A stretch of 64,000 nt of DNA, from assembly GCA_032718475.1 (NCBI GenBank), contig JAUCBJ010002736.1, positions 2,143-66,142 on the forward strand, written 5' to 3'. Of the stretch, positions 12,831 through 24,359 are shown piece by piece. The position numbers and the translations under genes are program-made. A model generated the notes under the pieces. That model made no database searches. It was given only the letters and a program-made list of their open reading frames with translations, and was not told the origin of the DNA. This DNA is from Nemertoderma westbladi (Eukaryota; Animalia; Xenacoelomorpha). Numbering within the stretch: position 1 is the first letter of the stretch; each line of letters begins with the position of its first letter.

Positions 12831-12951
12831 ACAGGAACTCCCCCTGGTTTATGGGACCATGACGGGCTCCCGCTATACCAAAGGACTGCGGTACATCGAT
12901 GTAGAGCATGCGTTCCCCTGGTCTGTTAGCGAACCACGAAACCAGCTGCTC
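12796..12951 (-). CDS. TFCP2: TFCP2 exon 4
   Basis: Encodes EQLVSWFANRPGERMLYIDVPQSFGIAGARHGPINQGEFLWDPKQPASVFIQ (cf. [38 protein letters not shown]). 156 nt; donor CAG|GTAGGA. Confidence 0.92.
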
Positions 12952-13179
12952 CTACGGGGTGATAAACAAACGCAAGATTGAAGGTGGTATAAGAAATAAA
13001 TATACCGGTAATTAATAATGCAATACAATACATTATACGGCGTATTTGTTACACTAAAGTGCCATGGCCTGGCCAACCGTAACCATATTCTACAACGGCT
13101 TCTACACAATCAACCCTGTCTGCCAGAGTGCCAGTACTGTACCACTTATATCTACATCATACTGTAGGATACCGGATAC

Positions 13180-13295
13180 CTGTTCATTATATTGGTGTTT
13201 TCGTTCGTGAAATAGAACTCGAACAACGCTCTTGAGAAATTCACCGAATTCGTCTGGATCGCCAAGTTTTTTTAAATTAATTTCGTAACTCTGAC
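13180..13295 (-). CDS. TFCP2: TFCP2 exon 3
   Basis: TGCAG| acceptor. Encodes GQSYEINLKKLGDPDEFGEFLKSVVRVLFHERKHQYNEQ. Donor CAG|GTATCC; 116 nt with consistent phases. Confidence 0.92.
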
Positions 13296-13393
13296 CTGCA
13301 ATCGCAATAATCAAGCAATTACAACGGGTGGTTTATGAAAACAGTATTTTTAGAATAGGTCTAGACCAACTTCGATGCAAAATGAATTGAGAA

Positions 13394-16065
13394 TGAACTC
13401 ACCTTGGTATAGCTGCGTACTGAACTCACCTTGGTATAGCTGCGTACTGGACTCACCTTGGTATAGCTGCGTACTGAACTCACCTTGGTATAGCTGCGTA
13501 CTGAACTCACCTTGGTATAGCTGCGTACTGAACTCACCTTATTATAGCTGCGTACTGAACTCACCTTGGTATAGCTGCGTACTGAACTCACCTTGGTATA
13601 GCTGCGTACTGAACTCACCTTGGTATAGCTGCGTACTGAACTCACCTTGGTATAGCTGCGTACTGAACTCACCTTGGTATAGCTGCGTACTGAACTCACC
13701 TTGGTATAGCTGCGTACTGGACTCACCTTGGTATAGCTGCGTACTGAACTCACCTTGGTATAGCTGCGTACTGAACTCACCTTGGTATAGCTGCGTACTG
13801 AACTCACCTTGGTATAGCTGCGTACTGAACTCACCTTGGTATAGCTGCGTACTGAACTCACCTTGGTATAGCTGCGTACTGAACTCACCTTGGTATAGCT
13901 GCGTACTGAACTCACCTTGGTATAGCTGCGTACTGAACTCACCTTGGTATAGCTGCGTACTGAACTCACCTTGGTATAGCTGCGTACTGAACTCACCTTG
14001 GTATAGCTGCGTACTGAACTCACCTTGGTATAGCTGCGTACTGAACTCACCTTGGTATAGCTGCGTACTGAACTCACCTTGGTATAGCTGCGTACTGAAC
14101 TCACCTTGGTATAGCTGCGTACTGAACTCACCTTGGTATAGCTGCGTACTGAACTCACCTTGGTATAGCTGCGTACTGAACTCACCTTGGTATAGCTGCG
14201 TACTGAACTCACCTTGGTATAGCTGCGTACTGAACTCACCTTGGTATAGCTGCGTACTGAACTCACCTTGGTATAGCTGCGTACTGAACTCACCTTGGTA
14301 TAGCTGCGTACTGAACTCACCTTGGTATAGCTGCGTACTGAACTCACCTTGGTATAGCTGCGTACTGAACTCACCTTGGTATAGCTGCGTACTGAACTCA
14401 CCTTGGTATAGCTGCGTACTGAACTCACCTTGGTATAGCTGCGTACTGAACTCACCTTGGTATAGCTGCGTACTGAACTCACCTTGGTATAGCTGCGTAC
14501 TGAACTCACCTTGGTATAGCTGCGTACTGAACTCACCTTGGTATAGCTGCGTACTGAACTCACCTTGGTATAGCTGCGTACTGAACTCACCTTGGTATAG
14601 CTGCGTACTGAACTCACCTTGGTATAGCTGCGTACTGAACTCACCTTGGTATAGCTGCGTACTGAACTCACCTTGGTATAGCTGCGTACTGAACTCACCT
14701 TGGTATAGCTGCGTACTGAACTCACCTTGGTATAGCTGCGTACTGAACTCACCTTGGTATAGCTGCGTACTGAACTCACCTTGGTATAGCTGCGTACTGA
14801 ACTCACCTTGGTATAGCTGCGTACTGAACTCACCTTGGTATAGCTGCGTACTGAACTCACCTTGGTATAGCTGCGTACTGAACTCACCTTGGTATAGCTG
14901 CGTACTGAACTCACCTTGGTATAGCTGCGTACTGAACTCACCTTGGTATAGCTGCGTACTGAACTCACCTTGGTATAGCTGCCTACTGAACTCACCTTGG
15001 TATAGCTGCGTACTGAACTCACCTTGGTATAGCTGCGTACTGAACTCACCTTGGTATAGCTGCGTACTGAACTCACCTTGGTATAGCTGCGTACTGAACT
15101 CACCTTGGTATAGCTGCGTACTGAACTCACCTTGGTATAGCTGCGTACTGAACTCACCTTGGTATAGCTGCCTACTGAACTCACCTTGGTATAGCTGCGT
15201 ACTGAACTCACCTTGGTATAGCTGCGTACTGAACTCACCTTGGTATAGCTGCGTACTGACTCACCTTGGTATAGCTGCGTACTGAACTCACCTTGGTATT
15301 ATAGCTGCGTACTGAACTCACCTTGGTATAGCTGCGTACTGAACTCACCTTGGTATAGCTGCGTACTGAACTCACCTTGGTATAGCTGCGTACTGAACTC
15401 ACCTTGGTATAGCTGCCTACTGAACTCACCTTGGTATAGCTGCGTACTGAACTCACCTTGGTATAGCTGCGTACTGAACTCACCTTGGTATAGCTGCGTA
15501 CTGAACTCACCTTGGTATAGCTGCGTACTGAACTCACCTTGGTATAGCTGCCTACTGAACTCACCTTGGTATAGCTGCGTACTGAACTCACCTTGGTATA
15601 GCTGCGTACTGAACTCACCTTGGTATTATAGCTGCGTACTGAACTCACCTTGGTATAGCTGCGTACTGAACTCACCTTGGTATAGCTGCGTACTGAACTC
15701 ACCTTGGTATAGCTGCGTACTGAACTCACCTTGGTATAGCTGCGTACTGGACTCACCTTAGTATAGCTGCGTACTGAACTCACCTTGGTATAGCTGCGTA
15801 CTGAACTCATCTTGGTATTATAGCTGCGTACTGAACTCACCTTGGTACAGCTGCGTACTGGACTCACCTTAGTATAGCTGCGTACTGAACTCACCTTGGT
15901 ATAGCTGCGTACTGGACTCACCTTGGTATAGCTGCGTACTGAACTCACCTTGGTATTATAGCTGCGTACTGAACTCACCTTGGTATAGCTGCGTACTGGA
16001 CTCACCTTAGTATAGCTGCGTACTGAACTCACCTTGGTATAGCTGCGTACTGAACTCACCTTGGT
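13394..16065 (-). repeat. 27-bp minisatellite (about 98 copies) containing the exon-2 5' splice site
   Basis: Unit in gene sense is GTACGCAGCTATACCAAG|GTGAGTTCA. ACGCAGCTATACCAAG matches the exon end ACGTATCTCAACCAAG at 12/16 positions. Confidence 0.97.
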
Positions 16066-16194
16066 TGAGATACGTGATACTCTCTTCGTTAAGTTTAGTA
16101 GCTGGCGAGGTCGCGGCATTAAATATAAACTGAAATCCAGACTCCTTGAATATTGGTACAGCCAAGAGGTCGTTCATATTATAAGCACCGGCTC
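16060..16194 (-). CDS. TFCP2: TFCP2 exon 2 (start of CP2 DNA-binding domain)
   Basis: CTAG| acceptor. Encodes [45 protein letters not shown] (cf. [43 protein letters not shown]). Donor AAG|GTGAGT. Confidence 0.92.
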
Positions 16195-16283
16195 CTAGGA
16201 TATAAGCAAAATGTTATTAACCTCTAAATTACTTACAATTAGTTAGCTAATTAATTTAGCTATAGGAATTTGGAAACATTTAA

Positions 16284-17193
16284 GGGGGGTAGCGCTATTT
16301 TAACACAGTCAATGAAAACTAATAGTAACATGGCAAGGCTTTGTCCAAAATGAATAATTTTTGGTATAAGGGTCAATCGATAACTGAAGGTTGCCTTAAA
16401 GAAAAAATGAATTAGGATCAAAATTTTAAAACTCTCACCAATCTTTTGAAGACACCAAGCTTGTGATTACTGTGTCCAAATTAAATAAAAAAATATTAAA
16501 AATTGGCAGAAGAGTAGCATTTGAAATTCTGAGATAATTGCCTTTTAAGTGTGAAACTTCCCGCGCAAAAACTGTCTGTCAATATATATCTAGCAACAAG
16601 AAAGCACAAAACCATGCTAAGATTTTTGCTATGGGGGTTTTCCTGGTCGCTGATTTCATTTATGAGGTCAGTTTTCACTCTCAAGAAATCTGTATGTCTG
16701 TCTGTAGGTCTTTCTGACTATCCGACTCTCTGTCTGCCAAATATAAGAAAAAGGCACACCATCTAGCTAAAAGTTTAGCTATAGGCGTTTTCCTGGTCGC
16801 AGAATTCATTTAGAGTGTCAATTTAAACATTTGATGATTTCCAAATTGTCTGTACGGCTGTCAGAGTGTCGGTTATATTTTGACAGACAGACTGGCAGGC
16901 ATACAGACGGAACCGACAAGGTCAAATTTGAATGAAGTCATCGACCACGAAAACCCATACTGCCATACAGGGAATTTTTTAGACAGATAGTATGCTTTTT
17001 ATTGACAGACAGACATGTCAGACAAACCGACAGTAAAACGGACAGACGCCATATCTGAGAAGTAAGACAGATATTGCGAAACGGTTTTCAAATCGGAAAT
17101 ATCGATAAAAATCTGATCTGGATGAAATATAAAAAAAATATTTGTAAAAAATTATTGTAATAGAGCTACCCCCCCCCCCCCCCCCCCCCCCCC
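16284..17193. mobile_element. Non-autonomous TIR DNA element (possibly Kolobok-like) in TFCP2 intron 1
   Basis: Left end TTAA|GGGGGGTAGCGCTATT and right end AATAGAGCTACCCCCC. Internal inverted motifs (ggggttttcctggtcg vs cgaccacgaaaacccata; tctgtc vs gacaga runs). Right TSD not clean. Confidence 0.55.
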
Positions 17194-17460
17194 AATAAAA
17201 CTAAAACCTTTATTAATTTAATAAATAAATGTATTGGCCTAGTAAATAATATAAATATTTAATAAAACCAGTAACCTATTGAGAATCACCCATGGTGGTT
17301 AGAAGGAATTATTCCTGGTTTAATAATGCTAAAATATTACCCCACGCACAAAATGTATAGGCCTATATGTTACCTGATTAGATTAACCATAATTTAATAT
17401 ACCGGTAGATTAATTAGGAGCCGCATTTGGCATTAGATTTATTAGCGGTACTCTACTCAC

Positions 17461-17848
17461 TAAATTCGGTTCCCAGACCGCTCAAGCTGGCCTCAAAGTC
17501 CGATACCAACGACGCCTGGGGGTCGTCTAGAGGGAGATTCCAGGAGGCGATGTTAACAACATCCCTCGTGGAGAACCCATTGTCTTCGTCGATAGAGGAA
17601 TCAGCGGTGTCTGCTGTGAACATCCGGGAGCCTGGGAACAGTCGTTCCACCAAACGTTCAGTTGTTCCGTCCGATTCGCTACAAGAGGTTGCTGTGCTGG
17701 AGGAGTCAGTCTGGGACCCCAGCTGTCCCAACGGGACACCACGCCCGCAAGGGACAGCAATAGCCCCAGTACCAGGGACAGCAATAGCCCCGTTCAGATT
17801 CATCGACGGAGCGAATGTAATAAAGTTGTCCGGTTGTAAATTACTCAT
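17461..17848 (-). CDS. TFCP2: TFCP2/LSF-like transcription factor, coding exon 1
   Basis: ATG at 17848. The C-terminal part ASWNLPLDDPQASLVSDFEASLSGLGTEF resembles the TFCP2 N-terminus ([33 protein letters not shown]). Ends A|GTGAGT donor at 17460, phase 1. Confidence 0.8.
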
Positions 17849-19104
17849 AATTTAATCATACCTTCAATAATACATATAGATATAGGGTACGCTTACAAGA
17901 CAAGATAACCTAAAATAAAAACATATAAGCCGATTGCCGATATATTATATACCGGTCAGCCGGTAGTAGGCCTACCGGTATAGCGGTATACTGGTATATA
18001 TGATATATTTTAACTATTTAGTACTGTAGTATAATATTAATAATAGCAGCCTATCAGCCTATATAATTAAAATATAATAATAATCACTGGAGCTCTGCTC
18101 GAGTTCCTGCCTGCAGCATTACTACTGTACTAGTTTGTCAGTTTGTGGACCGGTGAACATTGGCATTATACTGGCTGACTTTATTGACAGTTGGCCTATT
18201 TCGACCACATTTAACATTCAACTGTCTGACTGTTATGAAATGAATTAGGGCGTACTAACACCGGCAGACCGCAATCGGTGCGGTAGGCAGGTAGGCGTAG
18301 GCCTACAAATCGGCACCGGTGTATGGTGTACAGGTGTAAAAACTTAGAACCGGCACCGGTCAACCGGTGTCTGGGTGTAGCAGCTTATGTTACCCCCTGT
18401 GCCCTGACCGCCTGATGCCTGAATGCTGAAGATTAGGCCTATCAGCCTATGCCGCTACTGCCCTAGTCAGGCTAGGCTGCTAGGTGCAGCGTGCAGAGGT
18501 GCATGGTGGTAAAGCTGTATAGGCAATAAGCATCAGGGCATGGCAGCGGAATAGGCCTACTAAATATAGAGCAGTAGAGTACCGGCTATTTCAGTATTTA
18601 GTAAGGTAACTAACTGGGTAAGGCTTAATGGTAACGGTAAGGCCTAACGGCTGCATGGCAGCATGGTGTATGTAGGTCATACAGTCATAGGTTAAAACCC
18701 GGTTGCGCAATCAATATGCCCCTGCCCCCTGCTGTCTGGAAAGGACTGAGGAATACTCTGATACTTGGGTGTACTTATAAAGAAGTACCGGTCACCGGTA
18801 GCCTATGGAGGGCAGTAGGGTGCAAGAACATGCTCATGCACTAACTGCTGCTAACAGACACGTTCGTGGGGCCTTCGCGCAGCACGAGGCCCAGTTATGA
18901 GATACAAATTAAAATTGAGCGACTGTATCACAAAATCAGTATTTGAGAAATTTACCCACACCACCAATCAAATAAAGAAAGGGGGACAGTACGTGTTCAC
19001 CCCTTTTAATCCCACCCCCACCCTTCCCACCCACCAATACATAACCGCGACATCTACCACCCACCACCCATGGAAGGGTAGCACGAACTTATTTCCAATC
19101 GCAC

Positions 19105-19470
19105 ATTCAATATGCAAAGCCAGGTGGTTTATAGGAATATAATAAACGCAGTACTCGTCTTCATTATAAGCCTCGTTGCGTTCGTCCTGTTTTGTATTTA
19201 AATATATTTCTTAAACGCAGGCTGACGATCTTTATAATAATAGTAACAAGGGATGCGTTCAATATGTGAAGCCAGGTGGTTTATATAATAAGATAGTCAA
19301 CGCAGTACAGCAGTACTCGTCTTCATTATAAGCCTCGTTGTGCTCGTCCTGTTTTGTATTTAAATATATTTCTTAAACGAAGACTGACGATCTTTATAAT
19401 GGGTTCAATAGGCGAAGCCAGGTATGGTTTTGGTTTATAGGAATATAGTCCACGCAGCACTCGTCCTCAT
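19105..19470. repeat. Degenerate tandem repeat of about 150 bp (2.5 copies)
   Basis: AGCCAGGT..TTTATA..ACGCAG..CTCGTC.TCAT recurs at about 19118, 19270 and 19416. Confidence 0.75.
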
Positions 19471-20706
19471 GAGACCGAGTTATAGTGTGGCAATGTAGAT
19501 GCAGTAGTTGCACCCGACCAGCCGGAAACTCGGAGCAATAGGCCTACTGCTTGCACAATGCGTGTCAATTTCAACACCGCCGGGCACTGGTTGATGGCAG
19601 AGTGAGATTAAAAAACCGGATTTCATCCTCGGTTACGGTTAGTCCAGTTTGCCCGTAGCGGCAGCGATAGGTACCGAAAGTCGAGGTCAACAGACAGAGG
19701 CGGCCTTGGTGGTGAGTTGTTTGATTTCAATTCCAACACTTTTCTGGGCAGCTGGGTAGACTCTGGTAGTGGGTACCTGAACTTAGAATGCCGGTCAGCT
19801 GGTTAGTCCGCATAACTTCCATTGTTCTGTTGTTGCAGTTGCAGTTGCCGAGTCGATGGATGGTTGGGGTTGGTAGGGGTAAGCCTATCAGCCTATTGCT
19901 ATTGTTGTATTGGCAGATTGATATGTCTGTATGTACATCTACATCTGATTATACCAGTTGCCGGCGCCGTCGGTCGTACCAATACATAGTCTTTAATTAA
20001 CATATTTAACCGTTAACAAGAGCAGAAACCGTAAACGAAGAAATTCATTTTCTTTTGTCGCTGACAGGAGCGTAGAAATACGGTATAGGCTAGTGCTGTC
20101 GTAGTTCAGTAACGTACCGGTAGTTCTGTAGTTGGTAGTTCAGCAGTTTCTACCACTCCGGTTATACTTCTACAGTCTGACAGTAATCAGGTAGTAGCTG
20201 AGTAGGGCGGTACGGCGGACGGCGCCAACGGACCCTCTAATCTAATTCAGGACTGCAGTCCAACAGTCCGGAGTCGCACTGCATGGCTAATTAGGGCTTA
20301 CAGAATTAGGCCTGTCCTGTAACAAGACAAGTATACGTGATCTATAATGACTGAACCGGTACCGCGGTACGAGTCAGCCAGTACCGTAAAACACCGAATA
20401 CAGTATGTCTGTATGGTATTGCAGTATTGCTGTATTGTCTGATTACAGGATTCCTGATTCAGGGATTGACATTGAGTATAGTACCGGTACAGGCAGACAG
20501 GCAGACAGGCCACAATGGCATTACTGCAAGGCCTACTGTACTCAGTACAGCAGTACAGTACTGTACTTAGTACAGTAGGCCTTGCATTACTGTAATTTCG
20601 TAATTTGCAAGAAACCCAGCTGATTTAGTCTCCTAGCAACCTGCTGATGTCAAGCGTTATAATTTTGAATAAATAAATTTATTATAACTGTAAGACAGTT
20701 ACAGTG

Positions 20707-21141
20707 GTGCTGCACGAAGGCCCCACGCAAATTCAACTTGGAAAATTTCTAAACTTTTGACAGACTATTTGTGTACCAAGTTTGGTTACATTTCATCGAG
20801 GATTGATAGAGTTATTAACGTTCAAAATTGAACATTGCAAAAAAAGCGACAGAAGGACTTAATTAACTAATTAACTGCTATTATCTTAGCTTCTCGAAGG
20901 CCACACGGAAATTCAACTTGGAAAATTTCTAAACTTTTGCCAAACAACATGTGTACCAAGTTTGGATAGATTTCATCGAAGATTGGCCGAGTTATTAACG
21001 TTTAAAATTGAACAAGAACGACAGAACGACAGGTTGATTAATGGTACCACTACACTAAGGCTCGCTCACTTCGTGGCTCGCCCCACAGGTTGATTAATGG
21101 TACCACTACGCTAAGGCTCACTCACTTCGTGGCTCGCCCCA
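20707..21141. repeat. Interspersed repeat fragment with internal tandem duplications of about 180 bp and 56 bp (HINE/Helentron-like, tentative)
   Basis: AAATTCAACTTGGAAAATTTCTAAACTTTTG..TGTGTACCAAGTTTGG occurs twice, and ACAGGTTGATTAATGGTACCACTAC..CTTCGTGGCTCGCCCC occurs twice. Confidence 0.5.
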
Positions 21142-21408
21142 CATATAATATACATCTCAAAACAGCTATTATTATAAAGTTGAAGCAAATTCCATCCTGG
21201 CGAATTATTGAAATAACAAAATTGAATCGAAAAATTTATTGAATTTTTTATTAATGGATGTTGTACAGTTAGTTAACATTTATGTAGTTATTTTTAGCAT
21301 TACGATATTACTACTGTATTAATAGCATTACTACTGTATAATTAATTATATAATTGCAAATAAAAGTGAATAACAATGGGGGTGAACGAGAAATGCAAAA
21401 TTACTGAG

Positions 21409-22270
21409 TTAACGAGAAATGCACCGAACCGCTCGCTTTCTTCTACGCTGTCCTGGCTTCTTTCCTGCAGAAGGTTTGGGGTCAACAGTTGCTAACTTTC
21501 CATCCATTGAGGTGACGATCTGAGTTTTTCGAAGTTTATAGGTATGCATTTTAATTAAATGATTAGTTCTTGTTACCCCATCCATTCCTTCCCACTTGGA
21601 CTTTCCCACTGCAAACTTTTTAAAACGTCCCGAGAGTCGATATTGTCCGTTTCCAATAACCGCCCTTTCAACATCTCTTTGTTTGGTTCTAACTACATCT
21701 ATCAAAAGCTTGACAATTTCAGTCAGGGGCCGAGGCTTCCAATCGAACGCCTGTTTGAAGACGTGATTGGCTGATTCGTTATTATTACTGTATTATCCCA
21801 GAATTTATCAACTACCCCGGACTGTTTCGGTTCCCATACATAATTTGATAACATCGGAAGTACTTTACACTTCTCATGTATTTTTTGAATGTTGCTGGTA
21901 GTTTTTTCGATAACAAAGTGTCAGAACGTTCCTGAAAGGTTATATCATCCTGAGAATCAAGTATCCCGTCTGTATCAAATATTAATTTAATAATCTCTAT
22001 GCGAGTGATTTTATCAACACCGCAATCTATCAGATGTTTCGATACATTTTTCCTTACATGCAGCACGCATATTAGTGTATGGGAGTTAAGGAAATGCAAT
22101 ACGGATTGCTTTTCTTAAAGCTGCTTCTTCATCTGAACCAAGACACAGTTTTTCTTCAGTCGTCGTCGTCGTCGTCGTAAATTTTTGATCGCTAATAACT
22201 CGGTTATTCCTTGATGAAATTAAACGAAACTTGGTATGTATGTAGTCTGACAAAAGTTTAGAAAGAATCT
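21409..22270 (-). pseudogene. Mutator-like (MULE) transposase remnant, frameshifted and 5'-truncated
   Basis: LGSDEEAALRKAIRIAFP / NSHTLICVLHVRKNV gives the MULE second D and CxxH. NNNESANHVFKQAFDWK carries the E motif, followed by DVERAVIGNGQYRL. Spread over three frames. Confidence 0.8.
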
Positions 22271-23011
22271 CAAGTTTGGTCAAAAACGAATGAACGCAAC
22301 AAGGCACAAGAGGATGACGAGTATTGTGTTGAAGACTTCTGACTAACGGCACACAACTCGTTAATGGTACCCATTTGCGAAAGGCTTTGCTCACTTCGTG
22401 CTGCGCGAAGACCCCACGAACGTGTACTTACTGTATAATTATAAGATAGCCGTGTATTACGAATATATAGTCGGAACAAATTACAAATATAAATGCTCTA
22501 TAATATTTATGAATAAAATCTTAAAAAATAAAACTTAACAGAAATTTTAACTACAACATCCAACAATAAATACTTGTTATTTCAATATATAGGGCTACTT
22601 TAAATAAGGGAACTTTCGATGCAATCTAAATTGATCCCACTCCAGTGCAAAATCGATGCAAATAACAACGGATTACTTCCAAAAGTAATACTTCCCTAAC
22701 CTGTTCGATTGGCATTAGTTTATTGTTTTGGTTAGAATAACGCGGCAGTTTAACAAGTGCATTTCCTTAATTTGGTACGTTAATATTGAAACAAGATATC
22801 AGTTCATCACACACATCTGAACACTACATATATCAAACATTAATCAAACATTATCTAACACTACATGTATCAATCATTATAAATCAATGTCTTTATTATA
22901 ACTAAAATTATAGTATGTACATGGTACTACAATGTTAAGTATGTGCAATATACATATTATGCGCTACTTTATACATAATGATGTCCATGGCATAACATAG
23001 GGGTACATAGT

Positions 23012-23290
23012 ATGTTGCGGCGATTGTGTCCCCGTTGTGACAACTATAGCAGCCGTTGTGGCGATTGTGTCCCCCGTTGTGACAACTATAGCATCCGTTG
23101 TGGCGATTGTTTCTTCCGTTGTTGCAACTATAACCTCCGTAGTGGCGATTGTTTCCTCCGTTGTGGCAACTATAACCTCCGTAGTGGCGATTGTTTCTTC
23201 CGTTGGGGCAACTATAACCTCCGTAGTGGCGATTGTTTCTTCCGTTGGGGCAACTACAGTATAACATTTGTTGTGGCGATTGTTTCCAGA
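23012..23290. repeat. 42-bp (2x21) minisatellite GTTGTGGCGATTGTTTCCTCCGTTGTGGCAACTATAACCTCC
   Basis: About 6 units seen directly; the same family recurs at 31250-31720. Confidence 0.85.
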
Positions 23291-23612
23291 AGACGGCAAC
23301 TTTAACTACAACACCCAGCAATAAATATTTTTTAATTTCAATAACTATGTATAGGCCTACAGTACTTTAAATAAGGGGGAGTTTCGATACAAACTACAGT
23401 ATATTTACAAAAATAACAACTGATTACTTCCAAAAATAATACCTTAACCTGTTCGATTCACATTAATTTAATGTTTTGGTTAGAATAACATAGCAGTTTA
23501 ACTAGCTCCTTTCCCTTAATTTGATCCTTTACCATTGAAACGAGATATCAATTCTCCAATTGCTTCCAGCCCCCACCCCCCCCCCCCCCTCCCCCGTATA
23601 AATAAAGCGCTA

Positions 23613-24186
23613 TGTGAGCGGATTCAATTCCGCCTCATTACCCCCATAAAGTTGGGAAGTGGCGCCCTTTTCAGCAATATTGGAGATACCAGATTGATAA
23701 CAACCAATCTCGTATCACGACCCAATAACGGGGTTAACATACACCCCAAAAGCCACACAAAGGGAGGTTAGAGGTCAAACCACCTCGAGAGGGCAGATAA
23801 CCAACAGCGGGGGGGGGGGGGGGGGCACTCCCACAGAGGTGAGAGGCGTGAAGTAGGTCATCAACCAATGGGAGCGGGGAAAAGTATCCACTGGACACAG
23901 GCCAAAGTAATGTAGGAATGAATACATATATTATCCTATTACCGGTCAGTTAATCAGTTTACTCAGTCATTAAGTTCAGTGTAGACCGGTGATGTTTTTC
24001 ACCGTCACCATCACCATCACAACATGTTACATTATCACTACCGGTATACTGCTATTATATTGTCAATTCAACTGTGCTATTATCCATTACGAATATCAGA
24101 GGGATAACAACAAACTGTCATTATTTTATCTCAAACGGTGACGCATAGTCAACTAAACCCGATAGGGATCCCTTGATCCTGTCACA
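23613..24186 (+). repeat. 5' LTR
   Basis: TGTGAGCGG...GTCACA; near-identical to 30387-30961 (roughly 15-20 differences by eye). Confidence 0.93.
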
Positions 24187-24359
24187 GTGAAAAACTACAA
24201 AACTGCTGAACTGTGACTGCCAGCCACCATAGAAGAACAAAGATGAGCGCATAGCCCCGAGATTTAGAGGGAGAGAGGACACCGCCGCGGACCCTGGACG
24301 ATACCAACCGAACGATCCGCGAGGCCGCGACGCGACGGTACCGACCTGCGACGCCGGAT

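Noticed and set aside
1-16065. CRISPR arrays
   Set aside because: Units are head-to-tail with no unique spacers, no cas genes are present, and the context is a eukaryotic intron-containing gene.
13361-16119. 625-, 636- and 294-aa repetitive ORFs
   Set aside because: They are translations of the 27-bp intronic array in frames other than the TFCP2 frame.
22935-23321. Mucin-like TTEETIATT ORFs (also 31254-31742)
   Set aside because: Translation of the 21/42-bp repeat, with no gene structure.
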